From NCBI GenBank assembly GCA_964463305.1, contig CAYXBW010000001.1, positions 1-54,121 of the forward strand: a DNA stretch of 54,121 nucleotides. The letters run 5' to 3'. Shown piece after piece: positions 28,958 through 37,804 of this stretch. Source of the DNA: an uncultured Christensenella sp. (lineage in GTDB: Bacteria > Bacillota > Clostridia > Christensenellales > Christensenellaceae). The notes under the pieces are model-generated. The model did not search any database. It saw nothing but the letters and a program-made list of their open reading frames with translations, and was not told the origin of the DNA. Numbering within the stretch: position 1 is the first letter of the stretch; each line of letters opens with the position of its first letter. The translations under genes were made by a program, and so were the position numbers.

Positions 28958-30312
28958 TATAACCCGTTCACAATCTCCTTAAAAACCTCGCCCCGCTGCT
29001 CGAAATCGCGGAACATATCCCAGCTTGCGCAGGCCGGAGACAGCAGCACCGTCTCACTCTCCCCCGCTATGCTGTATGCCTTGAGCACAGCATCCTCAAA
29101 GCTGTTGGCCTTTATATAGCTCTCATACCCTGCCTGCTGCGCCGCCGCCACTATTTTGGAAGCAGTAGCCCCCAATACTATTATCGCTTTTATATTGGAC
29201 GTAAACGCCGCAAATAAAGATTCAAAATCCCCGTGCTTGTCGTACCCGCCCAATATAAGCACAGTGGGGCGATCCATAGCCAGTATAGCGTTTATTGTGG
29301 CATCCGGATTCGTGCCCTTGGAATCGTTTATAAATTTTACGCCGTTTATCTCGCGCACAAATTCCAAGCGGTGCTCCACGCCCGGAAAGCTGCGCAGAGT
29401 AGAGGCTACCACCTCGGCGCTTATACCGTACAGGCAGGCCAGGGCAGTTGCCGCAAGCGCGTTTTCAAGGTTGTGCCTGCCGGGTATCCGCAGCTCTGCC
29501 GCCGGCATTATTTCCGTCACCTTGCCGCCGTCCACAAAAATTATATTTCCGTCTCTTACAAAAGCGCCGTTTTCCACCTGCTCATTCAGGCTAAACCAAT
29601 ACACCCTTGCCTTTATTCTGTTCGCCAGCCCCCGTACTATCTCATTGTCGTAATTTAATACGCAATAATCCTCCGCGCTTTGGTTTTTGAAAATTTTCGC
29701 CTTGGCGGCAATGTAGCTTTCCATTGTGCCGTAGCGATCCATATGATCCTCTGTTATATTAAGTATTGCGCTGCCCTTGGGTCGGTAGCTGTCTATAGTG
29801 TCTAGCTGCAGCGCGGCAGTCTCCGCCACCACAACGTCACCCTGCTTTGTGTTGAGCGCCTCCTGTGTTATGGGCACGCCAATATTGCCCAGCACAAATG
29901 TGTTTATTCCCGCGTTTTTGAAAATTTCACCCGTTAGCGAGGTAGTGGTCGTCTTGCCGTTCGTACCCGTTATGGCTATAAAATCCGCCTTGGAAACGGC
30001 ATAGCCAAGCTCTATCTCAGCTATCACGCTAACGCCCAGCTCATATGCCTTGCGAATGAAGGGCAGCCCCAGCGGTACGCCAGGGCTAAGCACCAGCACA
30101 TCCATCTTCTCTATTATATCGTCCGGGTCCTTACCCAGCATATTTGTATATTGAACGCCCTCCAGCGCCTGCCGCACATCCTCCGGCAGCTGCTCCAGCG
30201 TTTTTACATCATATATTGTCACATGCGCGCCCAGCTTGCATAAAAGCACCGCAGAAGCCGCTCCGCTTCTAGCCATGCCCACAACCAGCGCATTTTTTCC
30301 CCTGTACTCCAT
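28957..30312 (-). CDS. murD: UDP-N-acetylmuramoylalanine--D-glutamate ligase
   Basis: AITGTNGKTTTTS P-loop and full-length Mur ligase similarity. Lies between mraY and ftsW. Confidence 0.93.
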   Translation of the reverse strand: MEYRGKNALVVGMARSGAASAVLLCKLGAHVTIYDVKTLEQLPEDVRQALEGVQYTNMLGKDPDDIIEKMDVLVLSPGVPLGLPFIRKAYELGVSVIAEIELGYAVSKADFIAITGTNGKTTTTSLTGEIFKNAGINTFVLGNIGVPITQEALNTKQGDVVVAETAALQLDTIDSYRPKGSAILNITEDHMDRYGTMESYIAAKAKIFKNQSAEDYCVLNYDNEIVRGLANRIKARVYWFSLNEQVENGAFVRDGNIIFVDGGKVTEIMPAAELRIPGRHNLENALAATALACLYGISAEVVASTLRSFPGVEHRLEFVREINGVKFINDSKGTNPDATINAILAMDRPTVLILGGYDKHGDFESLFAAFTSNIKAIIVLGATASKIVAAAQQAGYESYIKANSFEDAVLKAYSIAGESETVLLSPACASWDMFRDFEQRGEVFKEIVNGL

Positions 30313-30346
30313 CGTTACCTATCGCCTCCAAAGCAACCTAAAAAAA

Positions 30347-31360
30347 TTATAGCGTCATGCTCAAAACGGACATCACGCTCAATATTACAGAAATCAAAAC
30401 ATAACCCAAAACCACCCGTGTTTCCTTTATGCCGCACAGCTCAAAATGATGGTGCAGCGGAGCCATTTTAAACACACGTTTGCCGCGCAGCTTGAAAGAG
30501 CCAACTTGAATGATAACGGAAACGGCGGAGAGCACAAACATAAGACCCATCATGGGCAGCAATAGCTGCACGCGCATTGCCGCAGCAATAACTGTTATGG
30601 AAGAGCCAAGCGCAAAGGAGCCGGTATCTCCCATAAACACCTTTGCCGGATGCTTGTTGAAGCACAAAAATGCCACACAGGCGCCTGCAAGCGCGCAGGC
30701 AAAAACGGCAATGTCTACCTGTGAGCCGGTAGCGCCTCCCGCAAGAAGCGCGCCGCCCGGTATAGCAAATATCATAACGGCTATAAATGCCAATGCGTTT
30801 ACCAGTGTTATAGAGGTCGCCAGCCCGTCCAGACCATCAGTCAGGTTTACGCTGTTCACCATAGATATAAAAACAAACATTGTGAATGGTATCTGCCCTA
30901 TCCCAAGGTTCCATTCCACCTTGGCAAAAGGCAGTATTTCAGAACTGCTGCCCATCATAAAGTAGGAAAGGCAGGCAATTAACGCCGCCACTCCCAGCTG
31001 CAGCACAATTTTCTGCCAGGCTCTAAGCCCCAGCGAACGCTTTTGAAACAGCTTTACGGAATCGTCCCAAAAGCCTATCATTGTAAAAAGCAGCATTGCC
31101 GCCAGCAAAAAAATCACAGTGAGCGCGGCATTATCCGAATAAACAGAAAAACATAATGTGGCCAATACAATTCCAATGACCATCATTATGCCGCCCATCG
31201 TGGGGGTACCCTCCTTTACTAGGTGGGTTTGCGGACCGTCCTCGCGCACATGCTGTCCGGCCTTCTTTTTTTTGAGCCACGGTATCATTATCTTTGACGC
31301 TGCAAAGGTTATTGCAAACGCCGCCACCACCGTAACTAACAGTCTTATTCCTACTTCCAT
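30347..31360 (-). CDS. mraY: Phospho-N-acetylmuramoyl-pentapeptide transferase
   Basis: Ten-TM protein with NLTDGLDGLA and APLHHHFE motifs. Confidence 0.95.
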   Translation of the reverse strand: MEVGIRLLVTVVAAFAITFAASKIMIPWLKKKKAGQHVREDGPQTHLVKEGTPTMGGIMMVIGIVLATLCFSVYSDNAALTVIFLLAAMLLFTMIGFWDDSVKLFQKRSLGLRAWQKIVLQLGVAALIACLSYFMMGSSSEILPFAKVEWNLGIGQIPFTMFVFISMVNSVNLTDGLDGLATSITLVNALAFIAVMIFAIPGGALLAGGATGSQVDIAVFACALAGACVAFLCFNKHPAKVFMGDTGSFALGSSITVIAAAMRVQLLLPMMGLMFVLSAVSVIIQVGSFKLRGKRVFKMAPLHHHFELCGIKETRVVLGYVLISVILSVMSVLSMTL

Positions 31361-31365
31361 TTCCC

Positions 31366-32832
31366 CTATTTACGTCCCCTTATTCCCATTTCGTCAAATA
31401 TATCCTGCACTACCTTTTTTTCGTCAAAGTCGTATTTCACACCCTTGATTTCCTGATAATCCTCATGCCCCTTGCCCGCCAAAAGTATTATATCGCCCGG
31501 TTTTGCACTTTCCATTGCGTGCTTCATAGCCTCGCGGCGGTTTTCTATGCAGGTGTATTCGGCATCAAAACCGGTAAGCCCGCCTACTATCTGATCTATT
31601 ATAAACTGCGGTTCTTCAAAGCGCGGATTATCAGATGTTACCACCACATAGTCTGAAAGCCGTGCGGCTATTGCGCCCATCTGCGGACGCTTGCCCGCGT
31701 CGCGGTTTCCGCCGCAGCCAAAAACGGTCATAACCCTTGCCGGAGCAAATTCGCGTATTGTTACAAGTGTGTTTTCCAGGCTGTCCGGCGTGTGAGCATA
31801 ATCCAGTATTATGTCAAAGCCTTGATCTCTGGTGTCAAGCAGTTCAAACCTGCCCGCCACGGCAGGCATTTCCCGCAATCCACTCTCTATAAAATATGTC
31901 TCCAGCCCCAGCGCATAGGCGCAAAGCGCAGCGCCCAGGCTGTTATACACCGTGAAAACTCCGGGTATGGGCACCAAGATATGGAGCGTTTTGGTGCCCA
32001 AATCCACATCATAAGCAACCCCGGCCGCTGTAAGCTCTATATTCTTGGCAAAATATTGCGCGGGTTGCTTCACGGCAAAGCGCATCACCTCGTGGCTGGC
32101 AGCCGCTATCATATTTGCCGCGCTGTCATCATCTTCATTTATAATGGAAACTCTAGCCTGCTCAAAAAGCATGCTCTTGGCCGCCACGTAATCCTGCCAT
32201 GTTTTGTGGAAATCCAAATGATCCTGCGTAAGATTGGTGAAAACAGCCACGTCATATTCTATGCCACACACCCGTTTTAAACTCAGCGAATGGGAGGAGA
32301 CCTCCATCACCGCAATATCGCAGCCCTCGTCAGCCATACGTTTGAGCAGCCTGTGCAAATCTATAGATTCGGGCGTTGTGCGTTCCGTGTGCAGCTTTTC
32401 ATCGCCTATCATATTTACAATGGTGCCCATTAGCCCCACTTTTTTGCCCGCTTTTTCAGCTATCTGCTTTACCATGTAGGTGGTGGTTGTCTTACCGTTC
32501 GTGCCCGTTATGCCCACCATGCTCATACGTTTTGCGGGATAGCCGAAAAACTTGGCTGCCGCAAGCGCCATAGCCTGCCTGCCGTCATCCACCTTCACCT
32601 GTACGGCAGTTAACCCCTCCTGATAATCCGTTACCACCACGGCAACCGCGCCGGCATCCACCGCCTTTTTGGCATAGGCATGCCCGTCTGTATTGTAGCC
32701 CGTTATGCAAAAGAAGAGGTCTCCCTTCTCCACTGTTCGGGAATCGTATTTTATATCGTTTATCTCAATAGAACTATCGCCAAATGTTTCATGTCTTATA
32801 TCACGAAATAGTTCTGCAATTGTCATATACAT
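31366..32832 (-). CDS. murE: UDP-N-acetylmuramoyl-L-alanyl-D-glutamate--2,6-diaminopimelate ligase
   Basis: GITGTNGKTTTT P-loop and the DNPR motif (VTSDNPRFEEP) typical of meso-DAP-adding MurE. Confidence 0.92.
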   Translation of the reverse strand: MYMTIAELFRDIRHETFGDSSIEINDIKYDSRTVEKGDLFFCITGYNTDGHAYAKKAVDAGAVAVVVTDYQEGLTAVQVKVDDGRQAMALAAAKFFGYPAKRMSMVGITGTNGKTTTTYMVKQIAEKAGKKVGLMGTIVNMIGDEKLHTERTTPESIDLHRLLKRMADEGCDIAVMEVSSHSLSLKRVCGIEYDVAVFTNLTQDHLDFHKTWQDYVAAKSMLFEQARVSIINEDDDSAANMIAAASHEVMRFAVKQPAQYFAKNIELTAAGVAYDVDLGTKTLHILVPIPGVFTVYNSLGAALCAYALGLETYFIESGLREMPAVAGRFELLDTRDQGFDIILDYAHTPDSLENTLVTIREFAPARVMTVFGCGGNRDAGKRPQMGAIAARLSDYVVVTSDNPRFEEPQFIIDQIVGGLTGFDAEYTCIENRREAMKHAMESAKPGDIILLAGKGHEDYQEIKGVKYDFDEKKVVQDIFDEMGIRGRK

Positions 32833-32964
32833 ACCTCCGTTATCAATACCGGGTCATTATACCACAAAATGTTGTGGTTCACAAGCTGGCCACACACAAC
32901 CGCGAAGCAGGCTGCAGTAACGCCTGTTATTTCACAGTTCCCCGCCCCATAGGCTTTCCAGTTC

Positions 32965-35184
32965 TCAGCCCGGCAATTCCAGCTTGAAAGTTACCGATAC
33001 CGCCGTTCCCCTCTGTACACTCGTTCCCACGTCAGGATACTGGCTGTTCGCCCTTCCCGTACCGTGGGCATAAAACTTCAATCCATTAGATATTGCCAGA
33101 TCGCGTGCCTCCTTCAGTGAAAGCCCGGAGAAATCCGGCACCGTAACCACATCCACGCCCGACTCACCTGGAGTCTGGAAATTTCCCTGAGGCGCGGTTT
33201 CCTGCCGTTTATAATCCATATCCAGACTTACCACCGTTCCCGGAGCCACTTTTTCGCCGGCTGCCGGCTGCTGGCTCATAACCGTGCCGCTGCCATCATC
33301 TTTATAGCTAAGCCCCGCTTCACGAAGCGTATCTATTGCCTTTTGCCTGCCCATATCCACAACATTTGGCACCTCTATAAGCTCTTCTCCGCCCTCTGCG
33401 CTGCCATCCCCTGAGGCCTCGCCCTGTGTGCCGCCTTGCTTATCGGGCTGTGCCAGATAAAATTTCAGCGTATCCTCCAGTACCTTGTTTCCGTATGGTA
33501 CCGCCATAGAGGCAACGCCGCTGCCCTCCTCAACGCCGTCTAGGTGCATCAGCACTATATACTGCGGGTTTGAGGCGGGCGCAAAGCCCAAGAATGTGGA
33601 ATTGTCCTTTCCCGCTACCAAAGTTCCCCTATCGTCATACTTGTTTGACGCGCCGTATAGTGCTGCGTTGGTATAGTCCTGCAGTTGTCCGCTTTCCGCA
33701 CTCGCAGAATTCGCTTCCAATATATCACTTATTGCGGCCGCGGTTTCCTCGCCTACGCTCTGCCCTTTTATTTGCACTCCGTAGCTTTCGGTTATTGCGC
33801 CCGCCTCATCACTAAGCCCGCTCACCAGTCTGGGTACGTGCAGCTTGCCGCCGTTAGCTATTGATGTCATTGCATTTGCAAGTTGCAAAAGCGAAACGGA
33901 TAGCTCCTGCCCTGCGCCCATCTTGGCAACATCTCTTTCTGAGGCGTATTTTTTGGCCATTACATCGCCCTTTGTATCTGCCGAAAAATCTATGCCCGTC
34001 TTTTCGCCAAAGCCAAAGCGGCTAAGATAGTTGTAAAACGGTACTATGCCCGTGTCAACAGCCATTTGGCTTGCCGCTATAACACAGCTGTTTTGCACCG
34101 CCTGCTCAAGGCTTTGGCTGCCGTGCACGCCGCTGCACATTATTTTTTCGCCGTCCACGGTAGCCGCTCCCGTACATTCATAGGTCTGCTTTGCAGCACC
34201 CGTATCAATGGCAGCCGCCGCCGTAAATACAGAAAATATACCGCCCGGCTCAAACGCTTTCGCCGTGACTATATTTGATGAAAGCGCGCTTAATACTTCG
34301 CCATCAGAACGCGGAGGTTCGTTCAAATCAAACTCAGGCAGGTTAGCCATAGCCAGCACCTCTCCCGTGCTTACAGACATCACCAATCCCTGCACGCCCT
34401 CTGCGCCCGTCTGTTCCAGCGCCGTTTTGCACTGCGCCTCCAAAAAGCTCTGTACCACCTCGTCTATAGTAAGAATAACGTTTTGCCCGTTCACCGGTGC
34501 TATGAAAAGCTCCTGACCGTTTGGTATGTCATTATTGTGCGTATCCTGCTCGGCCACCATTCGGCCCTGCCTGCCCTCCAGCACACTGTTGTATCGTTTT
34601 TCTATTCCCGTCTGGCCCACGCCATCAAGATCTGTATAGCCTACCAGCTGAGTGGCAAACTCTTTATTCGGATAATAGCGCTTCACGTCCGAAACAAGTT
34701 TTACGCCCTTCATCTTGGCTTTTGTTTTATCCTGCTCCTTTAATGCTTTTATAGCGTCAGATTGCTCCACGCCTACCTGCCGCTTTATCCACACCTCGCC
34801 TATTTTTTTCTCTGTGCCGTCTTCAAGCTTGCGCGTTTTTGTGGTTATCTTCTCAAGCAGCGCATTCTGATCCATATCCAGTATTTGTGCCAGCGCTCCC
34901 GCAACATATGTAGCGTCTTCGTCTTTTACCTGCTCCGGCACCACGGCAACCGTATCTGCCGCCGCGCTCTGTGCCAGTATATTCATGCTTCTGTCAAATA
35001 TAGTGCCGCGTTTGGGCATTATTTTTGAATCGGATATCCATTGCGACTGTGCTTGGGCCTGCAGCCATTCGCCCTGTATAATATTCCAATAGCCCACACG
35101 GATTATAAGACAAACCATGAGGGCCACAAGTATTATAAATATTATTTGCAGGCGTTTCCTGCTTAATGCCATACTCCCCGCCAA
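32965..35184 (-). CDS. Class B penicillin-binding protein homologue (FtsI/SpoVD/PBP2B-like) with two PASTA domains; the transpeptidase motifs are degenerate
   Basis: N-terminal TM helix, pedestal domain, transpeptidase-fold region colinear with SpoVD, and two C-terminal PASTA repeats. TTG start 9-10 nt after AAAGGAGA. See findings for motif loss. Confidence 0.85.
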   Translation of the reverse strand: MAGSMALSRKRLQIIFIILVALMVCLIIRVGYWNIIQGEWLQAQAQSQWISDSKIMPKRGTIFDRSMNILAQSAAADTVAVVPEQVKDEDATYVAGALAQILDMDQNALLEKITTKTRKLEDGTEKKIGEVWIKRQVGVEQSDAIKALKEQDKTKAKMKGVKLVSDVKRYYPNKEFATQLVGYTDLDGVGQTGIEKRYNSVLEGRQGRMVAEQDTHNNDIPNGQELFIAPVNGQNVILTIDEVVQSFLEAQCKTALEQTGAEGVQGLVMSVSTGEVLAMANLPEFDLNEPPRSDGEVLSALSSNIVTAKAFEPGGIFSVFTAAAAIDTGAAKQTYECTGAATVDGEKIMCSGVHGSQSLEQAVQNSCVIAASQMAVDTGIVPFYNYLSRFGFGEKTGIDFSADTKGDVMAKKYASERDVAKMGAGQELSVSLLQLANAMTSIANGGKLHVPRLVSGLSDEAGAITESYGVQIKGQSVGEETAAAISDILEANSASAESGQLQDYTNAALYGASNKYDDRGTLVAGKDNSTFLGFAPASNPQYIVLMHLDGVEEGSGVASMAVPYGNKVLEDTLKFYLAQPDKQGGTQGEASGDGSAEGGEELIEVPNVVDMGRQKAIDTLREAGLSYKDDGSGTVMSQQPAAGEKVAPGTVVSLDMDYKRQETAPQGNFQTPGESGVDVVTVPDFSGLSLKEARDLAISNGLKFYAHGTGRANSQYPDVGTSVQRGTAVSVTFKLELPG

Positions 35185-35190
35185 GCCGTT

Positions 35191-36132
35191 TTAATCTCCT
35201 TTTGCCGCATTAAGCATACCGCCAACCGTACCCGCCATTCCTGCGAAAAAGCCCTTTACCCCATCCAAAAAGCTTCCTGCACTCTGCGCCAAATCTTTGG
35301 TCTCACCATTATGCGCTTTTGCGTCATCTGAAATGACGCTGGCTTCCGCGGCAGTATTTACGTCGGCCGTTACCGCGGAGCCATCCGCCGGTAGATATAC
35401 TATCTGATTATCATTAGGGTGTCCCATGCCAAGCTCCTGCGCTCTAAGCTGAATGCTGGTCAGGTCATCCTTTGATGCTATCTCCATTTCGTACTTTTCT
35501 ATTTCCTTTTGCAGAGAAGTTATAGCTTTTTTTGTCTGCTCGTTTTGATATATTACCTCACTCTGCTTTGCGTACATATTAAGCACGCCTGAAAGCATGG
35601 CAAATACCAGAGCTATAGTCAGTATTGTAGAAAATACTCCCCTTCTCTTTGGTACGGCATGAGCTGCTTCCGCGCTCCGCTCGTAAGTTTCCACTCTGGA
35701 AGAGCCATATTCCACTGCGGCTCCACTATTCCTTATTGCCGCTGTACCGCCTGGGCCATAGCTGTAACCATCGTTACTGCGTGGCATCTTGGGGCGCTTT
35801 GTCTGCACTTCGTAAGCGGCCGTAAGTTTTCTTGCTCCGCTCCTTTGCGCCGTTTTCTTTTTTGCGGATTGCTGCACCGGCTGCCTGCCGCCCTGCGGCT
35901 GGTTATATAACCTGTCAATCCTGCGCATTTCAATAAGCTCACGTCTGCGCTCCTGCTCAATTTCCTGTTGCCTGCGCTTAGTGGTTTCCTCTTTTTTCTT
36001 GGCGGCCAGCTTTGCAGCTCTGCGCGAATCAAGATATTCTATATTCTGCGAAGAATGCGCGCGTGTGCTTACCGCAAAGTAAGGCAGCTGCAATCTATCG
36101 TAACTATTCGATTTTTGAGGTATTGCGTTCAT
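35191..36132 (-). CDS. ftsL: FtsL-like cell division protein with a long basic N-terminal cytoplasmic extension
   Basis: Single TM helix (VFSTILTIALVFAMLSGVL), followed by a coiled coil and LTSIQLRAQELGMGHP, the FtsL-type motif. Lies between rsmH and the bPBP. GGAGAG RBS. Confidence 0.6.
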   Translation of the reverse strand: MNAIPQKSNSYDRLQLPYFAVSTRAHSSQNIEYLDSRRAAKLAAKKKEETTKRRQQEIEQERRRELIEMRRIDRLYNQPQGGRQPVQQSAKKKTAQRSGARKLTAAYEVQTKRPKMPRSNDGYSYGPGGTAAIRNSGAAVEYGSSRVETYERSAEAAHAVPKRRGVFSTILTIALVFAMLSGVLNMYAKQSEVIYQNEQTKKAITSLQKEIEKYEMEIASKDDLTSIQLRAQELGMGHPNDNQIVYLPADGSAVTADVNTAAEASVISDDAKAHNGETKDLAQSAGSFLDGVKGFFAGMAGTVGGMLNAAKGD

Positions 36133-36181
36133 AATCTACTCTCCAATAAAATCGTTTATCTCCCGGGGAGATGTGAGCTTT

Positions 36182-36236
36182 CCGGCGCTTTCCGCTGTGG
36201 CCTGGAATGGAGTGTGGCCACCGCTGAAAGCGCCGG
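36182..36236. other. Long imperfect hairpin (about 19 of 21 bp) in the rsmH-ftsL spacer
   Basis: CCGGCGCTTTCCGCTGTGGCC-13 nt loop-GGCCACCGCTGAAAGCGCCGG. Confidence 0.6.
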
Positions 36237-36272
36237 GCTTATTTGGGATGTGTTGGAGCATTCAGCGCAAAC

Positions 36273-37211
36273 CTAGAGCTTTTCTATCACTCTCAGCCTT
36301 GCGCTGCGCGCCCTTGGGTTTTCTCCCAGCTCTGTATCTCCGGGAAGCACGGGCTTCCTTGTAACAACCGTTACCGTTCCTGTCTTTCCGCAAACACACA
36401 TTGGAAATTCCTTTGGGCATTCGCAGGGGTCTTGCAGTCTTTTAAAGGTCTGCTTAACTATTCTGTCTTCCAGTGAATGGAATGTTATTACGGCAAGTCT
36501 ACCGCCGCTTTTCAAAGCTTTTGCGTAGTCCTCCAACGCTTCTGCCAGCTTATCAAGCTCACCGTTCACCTCTATACGTATAGCCTGAAACGTTCGTTTC
36601 GCCGGATGCGGACCATCCTTTCGTGCACCCTTGGGTACCGCTTTTTTGATGATGCTCACCAGTTGACCGGTAGTTTCAACTCTTTCTTGCGTTCTCTCTT
36701 TCACTATAAACTCGGCAATTCTGGCAGCCCAGCGTTCCTCGCCATAGTCTCTTATTATTTTGGTAAGCTGCTCTTTGGAGTAGCTGTTTACTATATATTC
36801 CGCGTCCAGCTCTTGTCTTGCATCCATCCTCATATCAAGCGGTGCGTCCTGCATGTATGAAAAACCGCGTTCCGCCTCGTCCAGCTGAAAAGAGGAAACC
36901 CCCAGATCCAGCACCGCTCCATCTATGCCATCTATGCCCAGGCTGCTCAACACTTCCGTTATGTTCTTAAAATCATCCCTAACGAACGTTACAGATTCCA
37001 GCCCTTCCAGTCTTTCCTTGCAACGCTCTATTGCATCGCCGTCTTTATCTATTCCTATAAGCCTGCCATAAGGCGCTATACGCTTCAATATACCGCCTGC
37101 GTGGCCGGCTCCGCCCAGCGTGCCGTCCACCACCACGCTGCCGTTTTTTAATTGGAGCATGTCCAGCGTTTCTTCATAAAGCACGGGCAGATGCCCCTCA
37201 AAGCCTGTCAT
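36273..37211 (-). CDS. rsmH: 16S rRNA (cytosine1402-N4)-methyltransferase RsmH
   Basis: HLPVLYEE, DGTLGGAGHAG and FHSLEDRIVK motifs. The start is set at ATG 37211, immediately after the mraZ stop. Confidence 0.93.
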   Translation of the reverse strand: MTGFEGHLPVLYEETLDMLQLKNGSVVVDGTLGGAGHAGGILKRIAPYGRLIGIDKDGDAIERCKERLEGLESVTFVRDDFKNITEVLSSLGIDGIDGAVLDLGVSSFQLDEAERGFSYMQDAPLDMRMDARQELDAEYIVNSYSKEQLTKIIRDYGEERWAARIAEFIVKERTQERVETTGQLVSIIKKAVPKGARKDGPHPAKRTFQAIRIEVNGELDKLAEALEDYAKALKSGGRLAVITFHSLEDRIVKQTFKRLQDPCECPKEFPMCVCGKTGTVTVVTRKPVLPGDTELGENPRARSARLRVIEKL

Positions 37212-37212
37212 G

Positions 37213-37644
37213 CTATATACCCAGCGGCGCCAGCTCTGTGAGCATTTGCTCATATTCGCTGTCCGTTTTTTCGTTAAACTCGTCCCAGCCCTCTTTAGAC
37301 CATATCTCCGCACGTGACATAACGCCCGTTATTACGGCTTCCTTGTCTACACCTATATATTCGCGCAGCCGCTGAGGCAGCAATATCCTGCCCTGCTTAT
37401 CCGGCTCGCACTCACAGGCATTTGCGAAAAATTTACGCATTATGCTTTGAATAGGTACGCTGGATATGGGAACGTCCTTAAACTTTTGTGCCAGCTTTTC
37501 CCACTCTTCCATAGAAAATACAAAAAGACACTTTCCAACGCCCTGTGTGGCTATGAAACAATCGCCCAACTCATCGCGCAACTTTACCGGCATAAATACC
37601 CGGCCCTTTGCATCAACATTATGAGAATAAGTGCCGATCAGCAT
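37213..37644 (-). CDS. mraZ: Transcriptional regulator MraZ
   Basis: Two SpoVT/AbrB-like repeats with VDAKGRVFMP and PDKQGRILLP. Confidence 0.93.
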   Translation of the reverse strand: MLIGTYSHNVDAKGRVFMPVKLRDELGDCFIATQGVGKCLFVFSMEEWEKLAQKFKDVPISSVPIQSIMRKFFANACECEPDKQGRILLPQRLREYIGVDKEAVITGVMSRAEIWSKEGWDEFNEKTDSEYEQMLTELAPLGI

Positions 37645-37663
37645 GGGTCAACTGCCTCCTTTC

Positions 37664-37689
37664 CACCACTATTCACCACATTCCACCAC
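37664..37689 (-). promoter_or_regulatory. Putative MraZ operator: three GTGGTG direct repeats at an exact 10-bp period
   Basis: The minus strand reads GTGGTGGAAT GTGGTGAATA GTGGTGGAAA, between the predicted promoter and the mraZ RBS. Confidence 0.55.
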
Positions 37690-37698
37690 GTGATGTAA

Positions 37699-37727
37699 AT
37701 TTTATCACTATTTTCACCCCTTGGCAA
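37699..37727 (-). promoter_or_regulatory. Sigma-70-type promoter candidate for the dcw operon (Pmra)
   Basis: The minus strand reads TTGCCA-17 nt-TAAAAT. Confidence 0.55.
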
Positions 37728-37740
37728 GCGATTTAAACAC

Positions 37741-37776
37741 AAAAAAAGGCCAAAGAGTTAAATTTCTCTTTGGCCT
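37741..37776 (-). terminator. Intrinsic terminator ending the tig-clpP-clpX-lon-engB-phosphoesterase gene string
   Basis: AGGCCAAAGAG-loop-CTCTTTGGCCT followed by TTTTTTT on the minus strand. Confidence 0.8.
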
Positions 37777-37804
37777 ACTATATGATGTGGTTTAATTTTA
37801 CATG

